Assembly (NCBI GenBank): GCA_965153355.1
Contig: OZ231126.1
Location: 32,178,001-32,242,000, forward strand
DNA: 64,000 nt
DNA from: Flaccisagitta enflata
Lineage: Eukaryota
Reading direction: 5' to 3'
Shown here: positions 1-10,838 of the stretch, in pieces
Numbering within the stretch: position 1 is the first letter of the stretch
How the letters are laid out: every line of letters begins with the position of its first letter
Made by a program: the position numbers and the translations under genes
The notes under the pieces: model-generated
Databases searched by the model: none
Told to the model about the DNA's origin: nothing
Seen by the model: only the letters and a program-made list of their open reading frames with translations

Positions 1-272
1 GTGAGTCCGGTGGCACCTATCAAGTTGGGTCTTGAAATGTGCGCATTACCTTGGGGAATACTAATCCGGGCTTGTTAGACCCAATATCAGGTGCGTGTTC
101 GAATGTCTCAAAAAAAAGTGCCCAAAATGGCCGTTTTTGGCGTTTTTTGGCCTAAAACCCATCTTAAACTTAGAAATAAGCCTTGAAATTTCACATGCAA
201 ATGTATTGGAGCCTAATTAAGCTGTATGTAAAAAATTATGAGTCTGTGAAAATCTTAAGGTACCTACAGTAC

Positions 273-901
273 CAGCGCCGTATGGGAGGCTATGACTCTG
301 GGGGGTCCACTCCCACTTTGTGTCACGACAACATCTTAGTGTCCCAACTAACTATGATCTTTTGTCTCTATATGTATTGAGAACATTAATTTTTCTCACA
401 TATCAGTAAAAGAAAGCTTGTTTTAAATGTAAGAACAGTAGAAGATTTTTTTTTAAAAATGAAGACACTTGGTTGTGAGCTCTTTTACTATTGCCATGGG
501 TGGCGTTTTTCCTGCACTTAACAATGTAAGGTGAACATTGTGCTTTACGACATTTAGGAGAGAACCGAAATCACTGTCCAGCAGACATCTTTGGAAGAAA
601 AGATTTAGATGATACCAGTTTTTCATGATGGAGTAAATGGGTACAATGAAAAAAGGTTCAGAAATGAAGAAACACGCAAAATGATCGGTTTGAGTATTGC
701 CACCTAAACTATGAGAGCCCGTATTTGTGAATGGCACAGTGGTGGCAGTCAATTCCACTAATCCCCTTTGTATTGGATTCAAAACAATCCCTCTTTCTCC
801 CCCCCTCCTCGGTCTTTCTCTCTTCCTCTCCTCTTCCGCTCGGTCTTTCTCTCTCTCTCTCCTCTACCGCTCGGTCTTTCTCTCTCTCTCTCCTCTGCCG
901 C

Positions 902-948
<47 letters not shown>

Positions 949-1001
949 CCCGACAAGGTGCCGCCATGGCGGCCCTGGCGGCCCCTTGCCATACGGCCCT
1001 G
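273..1001. mobile_element. hAT-type MITE
   Basis: Termini CAGCGCCGTATGG / CCATACGGCCCTG and exact 8-bp TSD TACAGTAC at 265-272 and 1002-1009. Internal (CT)n. Confidence 0.85.
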
Positions 1002-1168
1002 TACAGTACCATAGGAGCAATGAGAACCTCAGATGGAGGGTCATTTCCTGCTTCACTATTCTAATGAAGTAGCTTCAATTATGGTTTTTCTGAAAGCTGA
1101 TGAGCAAGAGCTTTGAGTGAATATAGTTTTATTCCTCTAGCTCTAACTGCTGACCAAAAAGAAAAAAA

Positions 1169-1260
1169 GTGCAGCACCACTCGGGATTTGAACCTGTGAC
1201 ACTGAAGAGGGAGAAATTATCTTTCTCAAGTTCATCACTCTATCAACAGAGCTATCACGC
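1169..1260 (-). ncRNA. tRNA-derived Pol III-type cassette (pseudo-tRNA / SINE head) inside a MITE
   Basis: On the minus strand: A-box-like TAGCTCTGTTGA (1243-1254), B-box GGTTCAAATCC (1184-1194), then an oligo-T run (1156-1168). No canonical cloverleaf. Confidence 0.5.
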
Positions 1261-2586
1261 CACATGCAATTTGAAGACATCAATTGGCGGTTTTGTTATG
1301 AATCACTTGGTTTGGAATTTTGTGTTCACTCAATACCTTGAACCATCAGCTTTCAGAAAAACCAAAGCTTTAGGTTCTTCCTTTAAACAGTGAGAATATA
1401 GAGGGCCCTCTTTCTACTGCTCTTATTGCTCCCATCGTACTGTAAATTTTGAAAAAACAGTTTTTTTGTGATTTTTTTTTAAATGTCGTTACCCCCCCCC
1501 AACAGTTGACCGATTTGGACAAAATTTTTACTACTGAAGGTATTTCATTTTGTGGACTACTTCCATGTAGAATTTCATCAAAATCGGAGCACTTTAGGCA
1601 CCAAAAATTGTGTTCGAAAATCCAAAATTCTGGGAAAAAAAAACCAAAAATCGTCTTTGAGCCTGAGACATTGCCATAATATGGCAGGCACCTATCAGAA
1701 CCAACACAAAATTTTTTAGGGGACTCTTGGTGATGCCCAAAAAAATTTGGTATCCCTGAGAGCCTTTTTTGGGTGTCAAATAACAATTTAGTGAAGACCG
1801 TAAAACCAAAAATCGCGAAAATGGCCTATTTTTGGCTTTTTTTCAACCTGTAACCTAAAAAGAAGGTGAAATATGGCCCTGAAATTTGAAATGCACATGA
1901 ATTAGACCGTACTGAATCTTTTTCTGTAAAAAGAATTTTGTTTTTGAAAATTTTAAGGTACCTTAATTTTGAAAAAACGGCTATTTTGCAATTTTTTTAA
2001 AGAAAAAAAATGTTGTTACCCCTCTCAGGTAAATTAACTGACCGATTTGGACAAATGCACCGAGGTACTTCACATTATGAACTGATCTCATGTAAAATTT
2101 CATCAAAATCGGAGCACTTTAAGTACCAAAAAATTGCGTTCGAAAATCCAATTCCTGGAAAACAAAATCGTCTTTGAGCCTGAGATATTGCTTTCATAAT
2201 ATGGCAGGCACTCTATGAAACTACTGGGCCAAAATTCCTTTAGAAGACTCTTGGTGATGCCCAGAAAAAATTTGGTGGCCCTGAGAGCCTTTTTTGGGTG
2301 TCAAATAACAATTTAGGGAAGACCGTAAAACCAAAGATTGCAAAAATGGCCAATACGCTTAGAAGCCATGGACCAAAGTCAAAGAACCGCTCATCACAGT
2401 ATGCTAGAATGTGTATATACGTGGCAGAGGCCCAGGAAAAAAGTTTCATAAGCATCAGAGACCTTGAACCATCGGCAGCGAGCATATTTATGATAAAAAT
2501 GAAATTAAATACTAACTTATTTACATTCAATTAACTTTTTTTGCATTTTTTATCTAACATTTATTCTTCACGTTTCAGCTAAGCGT

Positions 2587-2786
2587 TTTTAGACATGTGT
2601 TACTCGACTCTTCACCCCGCTTTGTCCATCTGTTGGTCGGTTGGTCGGTCGGTTGGTACCTTTTTTACTTTTTCGGCGTTTTTTAGCATTTTGAGCTAAC
2701 TGCTCCTGCCCAAATGCCCCGGTAACCTTATCTATCAATGCGCCTGCCCACCTGCACGTGACTAGGGTAGCTGTGTGTCCGGCTGT
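2587..2786 (+). mobile_element. Helentron/DINE-1-like short element, family A (degenerate)
   Basis: (GGTC/GGTT)n tract, GCTCCTGCCCAAATG core and 3' GACTAGGGTAGCTGTGTGTCCGGC. Confidence 0.55.
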
Positions 2787-3221
2787 AACTGCACCACCAT
2801 GAGAAGAACTGTCAGTGCATCCGTCCGTTTGACCTTTGCTTTGTTAATCTAAAGTGAAAAAATCAATGAAATCGACCAAAATCACTTGAAATATCTCATG
2901 CGGGAAATTCAAATCATAATTCATTCATCTCACTCATTCATTCATTCATTCTTTTATTCATTTGACAACATTCATCATTCATTGCCTTCATACATTCATC
3001 ATGGTAATTGATTCATAACATTCCAACTATCCACACTTATTCATTCTTAATTCATTATTCATAAATTCTCATTCATTGTTAATTGATTCATGCATTCATT
3101 ACACGTGTACTTCATCAATGCAGTTGTCCACTGACCTGAGATACACTGTTTGATCGAAAAACTTAACTTACTTTCCCAATCTTCCTTCAATCATTTTATT
3201 CCTCTTCCCTGTTTTGGATGG

Positions 3222-3590
3222 TGGTATGCCAAAACCACCCATAGTGTTGGTGATTTAGGTGTTTGAGTGGTTTTTTGGTGTCGGTGATGGTGGCTTGGGG
3301 GTTTTGGGTGGTGGTTGGGTATATAACGCCTCTAGTATGCCAAAACCACCCATAGTGAGTGGTGATTCAGGTGTTTGGGTGATCTGCTGGGCAAGTCGTT
3401 GATGGTGATTTAGGTTTTGAAGTTGTGGTTAAGTATATAACGGATATTAGTATGCCAAAACCACCCATAGTGTTGGTGATTTAGGTGTTTGGTGGTTTTA
3501 AGGGTGTTTGTGTCGGTGATGATGATTTGGGGGTTTTGGGTGGAGGTTGGGTATGTAATGTCTCTAGTATGCCAAACTCACCCATAGTGC
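3222..3590. repeat. ~115-bp tandem repeat, about 3 copies
   Basis: TATGCCAAAACCACCCATAGTG recurs at ~3225, 3336, 3451 and 3568. Confidence 0.8.
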
Positions 3591-3734
3591 GAATCGACCG
3601 ACAGACATAGCAGGCTTTAGAGTCGCGTGCACGCGACTAAAGAGTAACAACTATATTTGGCAGTTCACAGATCATTTTTTCTTTGCTTGACCCAGATACA
3701 CGTTAATCTATGCACCTTTGAGGATTAAACCTCA

Positions 3735-4021
3735 TTTTTAGTCGCATGCATGCGACCTAATAACCCGCTATGTCGGTTGTTCCTTTTCTCAGTTTCTCCA
3801 TCTGCCCGTTCTGTCCATCCGTTTGGCCGGCCGGCCGCTCATCCCTCCATCTGTCCGTCCATCTGTCAGTCCATCTGTCCTTCCTTCCGTCCATCACCAG
3901 CAGCTTTTTCGGCGTTTAGGAGCGGTTTTTGCATTACTACTCCTGCCCAATAGCTTGGGTTAGCCTTTTCATCACTGCCCCTGCCTCACCCACACACGCC
4001 TACTTCGATAGCTGACGGCCC
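3735..4021 (+). mobile_element. Helentron/DINE-1-like short element, family A
   Basis: 5' TTTTTAGTCGCATGCATGCGAC palindrome, (GTCC)-like tract and CTCCTGCCCAA core. Confidence 0.6.
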
Positions 4022-4614
4022 GAAAGAAGTTGCGGACATGCAATTAGATGTCGAGACTCATAATGTCCAATGGCCTGTCAGTCCGTAACGCACAAGTCAA
4101 AAAGTCGGAAAATGAATGTTTCATAGGTTTTTTTATTGGTGTGTATAAGTTAAAGGAAGTAGGCGCGGGGTGTTGATTGGGGTCAGGTGCCCCTGCACAC
4201 CTACCTGTAACAATAATGTAATCCCATGTCACTTGTTTACTGTTTTGAAGAACTTTATGATTGTAATTAGAAAAAAATGACCAGGGAAAAAGTTGTTCTG
4301 CATGTTTTTGACCTTGATAAGCCCAAGGTCAGATGGCTTTTGGTCACTGAGGGTCATGTGAAACTTTGCATTTGTTTTAATCTTTTACACATATCAACAT
4401 GCGCTCATACTAAGTGATTGGGGGTCTGACAATCTTGTCAATTCCTACATGTGCGTACGATAATTTTAGGCCTTTTTTCAACCTGTAACCTAAAAAAAAG
4501 TTGAAATATGGCTCTGAAATTTCAAAAGCACATGTATTAGACCCTACTGATGCTTTTTTGTGAAAAAATTTTAGTTTTTGAAAATTTTAAGGTACCTTTA
4601 TTTTGAAAAAACGG

Positions 4615-4670
<56 letters not shown>

Positions 4671-5178
4671 CAGAGAGTGGGAGAGAGCCACTGACAGTCG
4701 TCACAATCGGAAAAACGTTTGGTTGGTGATTAGAGACGCCTCTTGCATTTGCCATCGCTTTCGCCTTCAGTTTTGCCACCCATTCTAAAACGGAAGGGGT
4801 ACATGGTGCAATGGCAACAGAAGGGGAAGGGTTACATGGTGCGGTGGCAGGGGGAGGAGGGGGAGGGAGAAGGGTTATTCACTGGAACTTTGATGATGAA
4901 GACGAATGCATGAAATGCAGGTGTGTTTCATCTAGAAACCTGTCTTCAATGACAACAAGCATTTCTGATTCGATCCCAGGCTAGATCACGATCTTCAATT
5001 CTTTTTTTGAGGGAAATGATTTTCCACTTTAAGGCTTGTAAACCAGTTTGGTAACATAAATCCATTCTTGAAAATGAAATGGAGTTCGGTTTAGAAAAGA
5101 TATAAGGTTCTTGAAATATAGGCACAGAATGGGACGGTTACACCAGGAGGCAGGAGATATGACGACGCTACCAGACCG

Positions 5179-5215
<37 letters not shown>

Positions 5216-5436
5216 ACAGAGACAAAGACAGAGACACAGTAAGGCTTGAATGTCTCAAATTTGAATTTGTTTTCGATCGTTTTCAATTTCATTTTCGCGG
5301 ATGCAAAGAATGAAAGGCGTCCTCATCAATTCTAAACGATTCTCAGACATCTCAAAAGCAAATTCTATGTTGGGTTTTTCCATTTACAAGATCACATTGG
5401 ATTGAATTGGATTACATTCTATACGCAAAAAAGCCG

Positions 5437-5817
5437 GTAAGTATTTTCAGTCGCGAGCTACGCGAGTCTACACCCCGCTTTGTCGGTCCGTCGGTCCGTC
5501 GGTCCGTCGGTTCATTGGTGCGTCGGTCCGTAACACTTTGCTTATTTGGCGATTTCGGCTTTGCATAACCGCTCCTGCCCAAATGCTTGGTTAGCCTTTT
5601 TTATCACCCCCCCTGCCCACCCGCATGCAACTTCGGTAGCCTTGTAGTATACGGCCTTGTTTTTTTCTATATGACGTTCAAGTTTTGCTCTGATTTCGTG
5701 AGGTTTTACTCCCAACTCGTGCGGGCAAGAAAACCATGACCATTTAATATATCAACGATTTCCATGTCATTTGACTTATTTTTACCATGATTTTACTCCC
5801 AATGTGATGAACTTTAG
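5437..5817 (+). other. Putative 5'-UTR intron of the XK-like gene
   Basis: Consensus donor G|GTAAGT at 5437 and acceptor TTTAG| at 5817, 15 nt before the ATG. It contains a Helentron-like short insertion. No transcript evidence. Confidence 0.4.
5444..5662 (+). mobile_element. Helentron/DINE-1-like short element, family A
   Basis: 5' AGTCGCG..CGCGA palindrome, (GTCGGTCC)n, 3' GGTAGCC...GGCCTTGTT end, and T-rich flanks. Confidence 0.7.
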
Positions 5818-5832
5818 AATAATCACGCAAAA

Positions 5833-7446
5833 ATGGCGGACGCGGTGAGCGATCCTAGAAGAATCGTCACTCTCGATTTCGCCATGGAGACTGGGAAAAA
5901 CGACAACGATGACACAGAGGACGGTAAAGACAACGACAAAGCGAAGTTCAAGGCCAGGATCCAACCTCTCATTAATTTCTGGCTATGCTATCGGCTATCG
6001 CTTACGATCATTTTTGCGATTTTGGGCGTTTACTGTGAGTTCAATCTCATCGCTACTCTAGCCAGAGAGGGCAAGATGAAAATTGCCGCCATGATGCTGA
6101 TCGTAGTACTGGTGTCTCGAATCACTTGCGCTTTTCACGTCCATTTTTCCCGCGTCCGTCGCTATTTTGGCCTTTGGTCAGCCGAAGCTAAATTGAGGGC
6201 CCGGGCCGTGGAAAGCAATGAAACCAAAGTCAAAGCCGAACTTGAAGCGATTGGCAATGGCAGTGAAAAGATACATTTTTTTGATAACTCACTTCCCTCT
6301 TACTTTAGGGTACCGATAATTCTCTTTTACGCTCAAGGTATAGGACATGTAGTCCCCTTTTTGATTGATTTTAGATACCAGTATATGGAGTTGAAAAGTA
6401 TCCTCAGCAAAACTAGATTACGCTTCCTTTACGAGAAAGAAGGTGTTGACGATCTCCGATTTAAAACGAGGCTTCTTTTCACCTTACTAAATCGCTTTCC
6501 ACTCGTCATTTATTATCCCTACGTTATTTTCCGTGAGAAGGAGGTGCCGCTTGTTTTTGTCATAAGTTGGGTATTTATCCTTATTCAGATTTCCTTATTA
6601 TTATTTCAAAAAGTCAGTTCTGATAAACATGAAGTACCCAAAATGCTTACAATGTCATACTTGGTGAGCTTCATTAGCTTTAACTACTGTCTAGCATCTT
6701 TAACTTTCGCAGCCCCAATTGTCGCCTATTTGATGAGTTGCTCAAAAGAAGCAGGTCAAAATACGATTCCTTACTTGCTGCTGGGCTCATGCGTACTATT
6801 GTTTCTACGCGTTTTAGATCCTAGATATTTGATGAAAAACTACTGGAGAAACCGACTGACCTACCTGCTCTCATTTGCGGTCATTCTTATTCTACCAAAT
6901 GTACTGCTCGTTTTTGTTCATGATAAGATGGGCTCAACCTTGAAAAACTGTAGCATTTTCCAGGAAGCTGCTTATCACAACTTTAGTTACTTGATGGAGG
7001 AATCAAAAATGAATTTAAATGCGACAGGGAAATTGGGTCTTGCATGGGCTTCATTAACATCACCAAACAATATAAGCTATGTCTTGTTCAGCCAATTATA
7101 TGCACATCAGGGGACAACTTTTGGCGGATTTCACCCGGCATTATGTCTCAGTTGTCTTCCCGCCATCATAATGGGTCTGATGTGGATTTATGAAATGGCA
7201 AGGCTCATCATTGAAAAAATTGACAAACTGAAAACGTTACATGCTTGTATAAGATACGGTTGTTTGTTGAACATAGCCATGTGGATATTTGATGTTGGAA
7301 CAGACATAGAAACAGGTTTTGTCCATCGTGAAAACAAGGACAGCGCTTGGAGTAGTTTGACGTTTCTCTTTGTAGTGCTCCCATTGTTGCTCAATGCAAT
7401 GCAATTTCCGGTTTTTTTTATCTCAAAAGGCAAGCAACGGGTTTGA
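5833..7446 (+). CDS. XK-related (Xkr/CED-8-like) multi-pass membrane protein, 5' part: a divergent first XK unit plus the start of the second
   Basis: 537-aa ATG ORF in non-repetitive sequence with many hydrophobic segments. Near its end it has WIFDVGTDIETG...WSSLTFLFVVLP, matching the XK-family TM1-TM2 pattern (D-x-x-T-D ... W-x-x-L-T-x-x-F-x-x-L-P). It appears to continue into the 7443-9248 ORF via a -1 shift near 7412-7419. Confidence 0.8.
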   Translation: MADAVSDPRRIVTLDFAMETGKNDNDDTEDGKDNDKAKFKARIQPLINFWLCYRLSLTIIFAILGVYCEFNLIATLAREGKMKIAAMMLIVVLVSRITCAFHVHFSRVRRYFGLWSAEAKLRARAVESNETKVKAELEAIGNGSEKIHFFDNSLPSYFRVPIILFYAQGIGHVVPFLIDFRYQYMELKSILSKTRLRFLYEKEGVDDLRFKTRLLFTLLNRFPLVIYYPYVIFREKEVPLVFVISWVFILIQISLLLFQKVSSDKHEVPKMLTMSYLVSFISFNYCLASLTFAAPIVAYLMSCSKEAGQNTIPYLLLGSCVLLFLRVLDPRYLMKNYWRNRLTYLLSFAVILILPNVLLVFVHDKMGSTLKNCSIFQEAAYHNFSYLMEESKMNLNATGKLGLAWASLTSPNNISYVLFSQLYAHQGTTFGGFHPALCLSCLPAIIMGLMWIYEMARLIIEKIDKLKTLHACIRYGCLLNIAMWIFDVGTDIETGFVHRENKDSAWSSLTFLFVVLPLLLNAMQFPVFFISKGKQRV

Positions 7447-9248
7447 TTTTTTTGTTGCACATGATTGGATTAGCAGAGGTCAATTGGGTTTTGGATGATT
7501 TTCTCTGTTATTTTTATGATTACCACCGGGGAATTGAGGATTCCGAAGAGGAAAGGACTGACCAAATAGCGTTCTTTGGTTTGACAAACCTTTTTTTTGA
7601 GGACCTGCCTCAAGCCTGCCTACAAATATTCATCATCTTCCATACGAGGAAATCAGAAATTACAATTACTCAAGCGTTGAGTATCTTTTCATCTCTTTTT
7701 TCTGCCGCTAAAACTTTGGTGACAAGGGGAAATTATTTCATCGCAAAAAAATTTCATCTTAAGATAAACGCTAAAGCCGACGCTGATGAGGTCACTTACG
7801 TAGCAAAAAAGACTATGAAACCCAGGCTAGTGGTGGAATTTAGGGGCGAAGGGTCATATAAAAAATTCAATAGACGATCATATGAACCCAAATTCAAGAG
7901 AAAGATCGAAAAGGATGAAGAGAGCTTTATTGAGAAAGTAAAAAGATTTTTCACATGCAGATGGGTGAGCGAAATTCGGACAAAAGATTTGATCGAATTG
8001 ATCATATTAATTGTCCCAACCTTAGCTATTTTCATAAACATCTTTTTTGCAATTTGTGGCGCAGCGTATTTGAGTGAGTGTAACCAAGATGGTCAAAGTC
8101 GTCTGATCTATGTGGCTTTCCCCATCATGATTCTACTTCGAATTGCATTTCCAACTAATTTCTTCATCAGCAAAATTTCCGATTTGGGGCAGATTAAGTC
8201 TACTACTTTGGTATCACTTTTCATGCTCTGTTTGCCTCTGTTCCTTCACGCTGGGTTAGCGAGTCGCTCCGACAATTGCTACGTCTTCAGATTAGAAGAC
8301 GTGCAGTTTCACAATCAAACTTGTCGCTGGACAAGTAGTTTTTACTGTTTCATGATCATGTCGGGTGCTGACTCTAGCGTGGTAACATTTTTTGTTGGAT
8401 CCGTGCTGGTGGGGTTTTGGTTGTGGGTGTTGATGTTCTCGGACATGAAAAAGATGTGCGATGATAAAGGTGAGCATGTTGAAAATTGCCACTGTGAACC
8501 TAATGCTCTTCTCTCAGCAGTCATAGAGCTCATTGATAGTATACTAGATAACACAGATGGAGATGGTACGGGTGAAGTAGACAACAGAATTCAAGACTTG
8601 AAGAAAATCCTTTCCAGGAAGGATCTTGTTCAAAATCATGAACTCAAAGAATTATTAAAAAGCCGTGAAGTCATTAAGCGCTGTTGTAAAAAGGCACAAA
8701 CAAATGACGTCAATAATCAAGTATCGTTGGAGAACGATCAATCAGTATTAAAATTACGCATTGTTGCTGAACTGTTAGAAAACCGAGTCATTGAATATGA
8801 CGATGAACCAATTGATGATGATGACCAGGGTTTGCAACCCGAGCATAAGTCTGTGGACCTTCTAACCGATGATGAGGTAAAGGACATTTGCGAGTTGATC
8901 AAGAAAAGTTTAATCGAGGCTCAAACAGAGGGCCAAAAGAGTCAAGATGTTTGGAAAGACAAAGTGAAAGAGATTTTCACCAACCATCCACGAATAAGGG
9001 ATGAGATTACGGAAGAGCATAAAACCGACCACGTACATGAAATTGAGTGTGAAAATGATGAGGGCAAAAGCAAAGGGGAGACGAATGACATGACTAAGAA
9101 AGCAGAATACAAGTGGTATGACCTGCGGCTCTTTCCAGAACCCGAAGAGAGTTGTCCCATGATTGAGGAAAAAGTGGAGAAAGCGGTAAGTTATCTGGAA
9201 AACTCCCTCCAAAAGAACGAGTCACCATTGGGGCAATCTTCAGTATGA
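7443..9248 (+). CDS. XK-related membrane protein, 3' part: rest of the second XK unit plus an acidic cytoplasmic tail
   Basis: 601-aa ORF with LLHMIGL, FFEDLPQACLQIFII (XK signature E-x-x-P-Q-x-x-L-Q) and QALSIFSSLFSAA. The frame is open upstream through 7410 (GFFYLKRQATGLIFLLH) and joins ORF1 at the T8 run, giving one ~1138-aa protein. Confidence 0.8.
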   Translation: MIFLLHMIGLAEVNWVLDDFLCYFYDYHRGIEDSEEERTDQIAFFGLTNLFFEDLPQACLQIFIIFHTRKSEITITQALSIFSSLFSAAKTLVTRGNYFIAKKFHLKINAKADADEVTYVAKKTMKPRLVVEFRGEGSYKKFNRRSYEPKFKRKIEKDEESFIEKVKRFFTCRWVSEIRTKDLIELIILIVPTLAIFINIFFAICGAAYLSECNQDGQSRLIYVAFPIMILLRIAFPTNFFISKISDLGQIKSTTLVSLFMLCLPLFLHAGLASRSDNCYVFRLEDVQFHNQTCRWTSSFYCFMIMSGADSSVVTFFVGSVLVGFWLWVLMFSDMKKMCDDKGEHVENCHCEPNALLSAVIELIDSILDNTDGDGTGEVDNRIQDLKKILSRKDLVQNHELKELLKSREVIKRCCKKAQTNDVNNQVSLENDQSVLKLRIVAELLENRVIEYDDEPIDDDDQGLQPEHKSVDLLTDDEVKDICELIKKSLIEAQTEGQKSQDVWKDKVKEIFTNHPRIRDEITEEHKTDHVHEIECENDEGKSKGETNDMTKKAEYKWYDLRLFPEPEESCPMIEEKVEKAVSYLENSLQKNESPLGQSSV

Positions 9249-9407
9249 AAAGCTCAAAACTCTCGAAACTCTCAAATTCTCAAAACTATCAAAACTCTAA
9301 AAGCTTCAATTAGTCACGCATGCGCCACATTTAGGCGGAAAAACATATCAGTATCAAAACCATCAAAACCATATACCTTCATCTAGTCGGACTATTACAG
9401 CGTGTTG

Positions 9408-10172
9408 GAATTACCGACAACCTGGGTCAAAAAGAGGCTGTGGGCAATGCTTTTTCCTTCATAATTCCCAGGTAATGCTCAGGTTACGCTCAGGTTATTC
9501 TCAGGTTATTCTCAGGTTATTCTCAACTTTTCTTTGGCTGCCAAAACCGACACCGACGACGATGCAAACTGTTCTGTCCTTTTTTTGCATTTTTATGCTG
9601 ACGTTGTTGTTGAAAACAAGCTCATTTCTTCCATTTTTCTTTTTGCCGATGCCGTCACCGATGACGACGTAGACTTCTAAGAAGGTGTTTCGCTGTTCTT
9701 TTTTCTTTGGTATTCTTTTGTCATTGTCATTATCAAAAACATTTTCTTTTTAAAGAAAATTTTGCTGCCGATGACGACAACGACGTTAGCTGTTTTCGTG
9801 TTGTTTATCTATTCTTTTTCCCTTCTGATGACTCCCAATGAGTTGCCGATGCCGACGTCAATGTCGACTGTTTCTTCTTCCTTGGCATTCCTATCTGGTG
9901 CCAACGTTGACGACGATAGCAACTAAGACATTGCTTATACTGTGAGCAATTTTTTTGTGACACAAGATGTCTCCCAATGGGTTGCCGAAGGCGATGTCGA
10001 TGTCGACTAATGTGTTCCTTTTTTCACATTTTTCTCTGGTGCCGCCGCCGCCGATGATGACCGACATTGCTTGTAATATTGTAGAGAGCTACCGGTCTTT
10101 TGCTTTTGCCGATGCCGACACCGATGTCGACAAGAATAGACTATTTTCCAGTGACAGCGAGGGCGACGGCGA
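9408..10172 (+). repeat. Dispersed repeat rich in GCCGA(T/C)G; a second, interrupted copy lies at 31798-32131 + 35259-35509
   Basis: Near-identical blocks such as TTACCGACAACCT.GGTCA.AAAGAGGCTGTGGGCAATGC and CGATAGCAACTAAGACATTGCTTATACTGTGAGC. Confidence 0.85.
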
Positions 10173-10838
10173 TTATGTAATAAAAGTTCAGTAAGCCAAC
10201 AGTCGCATGCTCCATTTTACAGCTACACATACAACAATATAAACACAAACCCCTTTCTTCCTTTGATCCTTCCTTACTCCCTTTCTCTCTACCTCCTTTC
10301 ACCCCTTCCTTCCTCCCTCCCTACTTTCCTGCCATTCCTTCTTTCCTACCTTCCTTACCTGCTTCCTTTGTTCCTTCCAATCTTCCCTCCTTCCTTCTAA
10401 CCTTTAGACCAAGAGACTAAAAATGAAAAAATTTGTTTGAGAAACAACATGGATTACATCGATATACCTCAAAAAGTCTAAAATTCATAAATTTGTTGAT
10501 GGATGGACGGTTAGAAAGATGGATAAAAGACCGACAGAGCAACATGGAGTCACATGCACGCAAATAAAAATGTATCATCAACTACCATCACACCCATTTA
10601 CAGAAAATCAAGGATGAAATTGAAAGTGTTTTTGGTAGCTAAAACCAAATTTTACTGTAACTTTTTGTTTCGTGTTAGTCAAGATGTTCTGTCGGAAGAT
10701 TTTACAAAAAAAAAAAGTTAAAAAAAAAAAAAAAAATTACTAAGTCATTGAATCAAAATTTCGGGGTCAAAATGAAAATATTGGTCTCATCGTCAATTAA
10801 AAGTTTTTGGGCCCCTCGATAGTTAGTGGTAAAACTAA

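Larger units (their letters stand above)
267..1442. mobile_element. Tc1/mariner-type MITE (TA TSD), interrupted at its left end by the hAT MITE
   Basis: Imperfect TIRs CAGTACCATAGGAGCAAT (1004-) / ATTGCTCCCATCGTACTG (-1442), with TA at 265-266 and 1443-1444. The empty site AAGGTACCTA|AATTTTGAAAAAACAG is seen uninterrupted, reverse-complemented, at ~14538-14563. Confidence 0.75.
1..2352 (+). repeat. Dispersed AT-rich repeat with ~0.5-kb internal duplication; hosts the nested MITEs
   Basis: 1-266 plus 1445-2352 match the reverse complement of 13878-14820. Another fragment lies at ~4465-4617. Confidence 0.8.

Noticed and set aside
1090-1125. CTGATGAG as a hammerhead ribozyme core (also CTGATGA at ~9825)
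   Set aside because: No stem II followed by GAAA and no compatible stems I/III.
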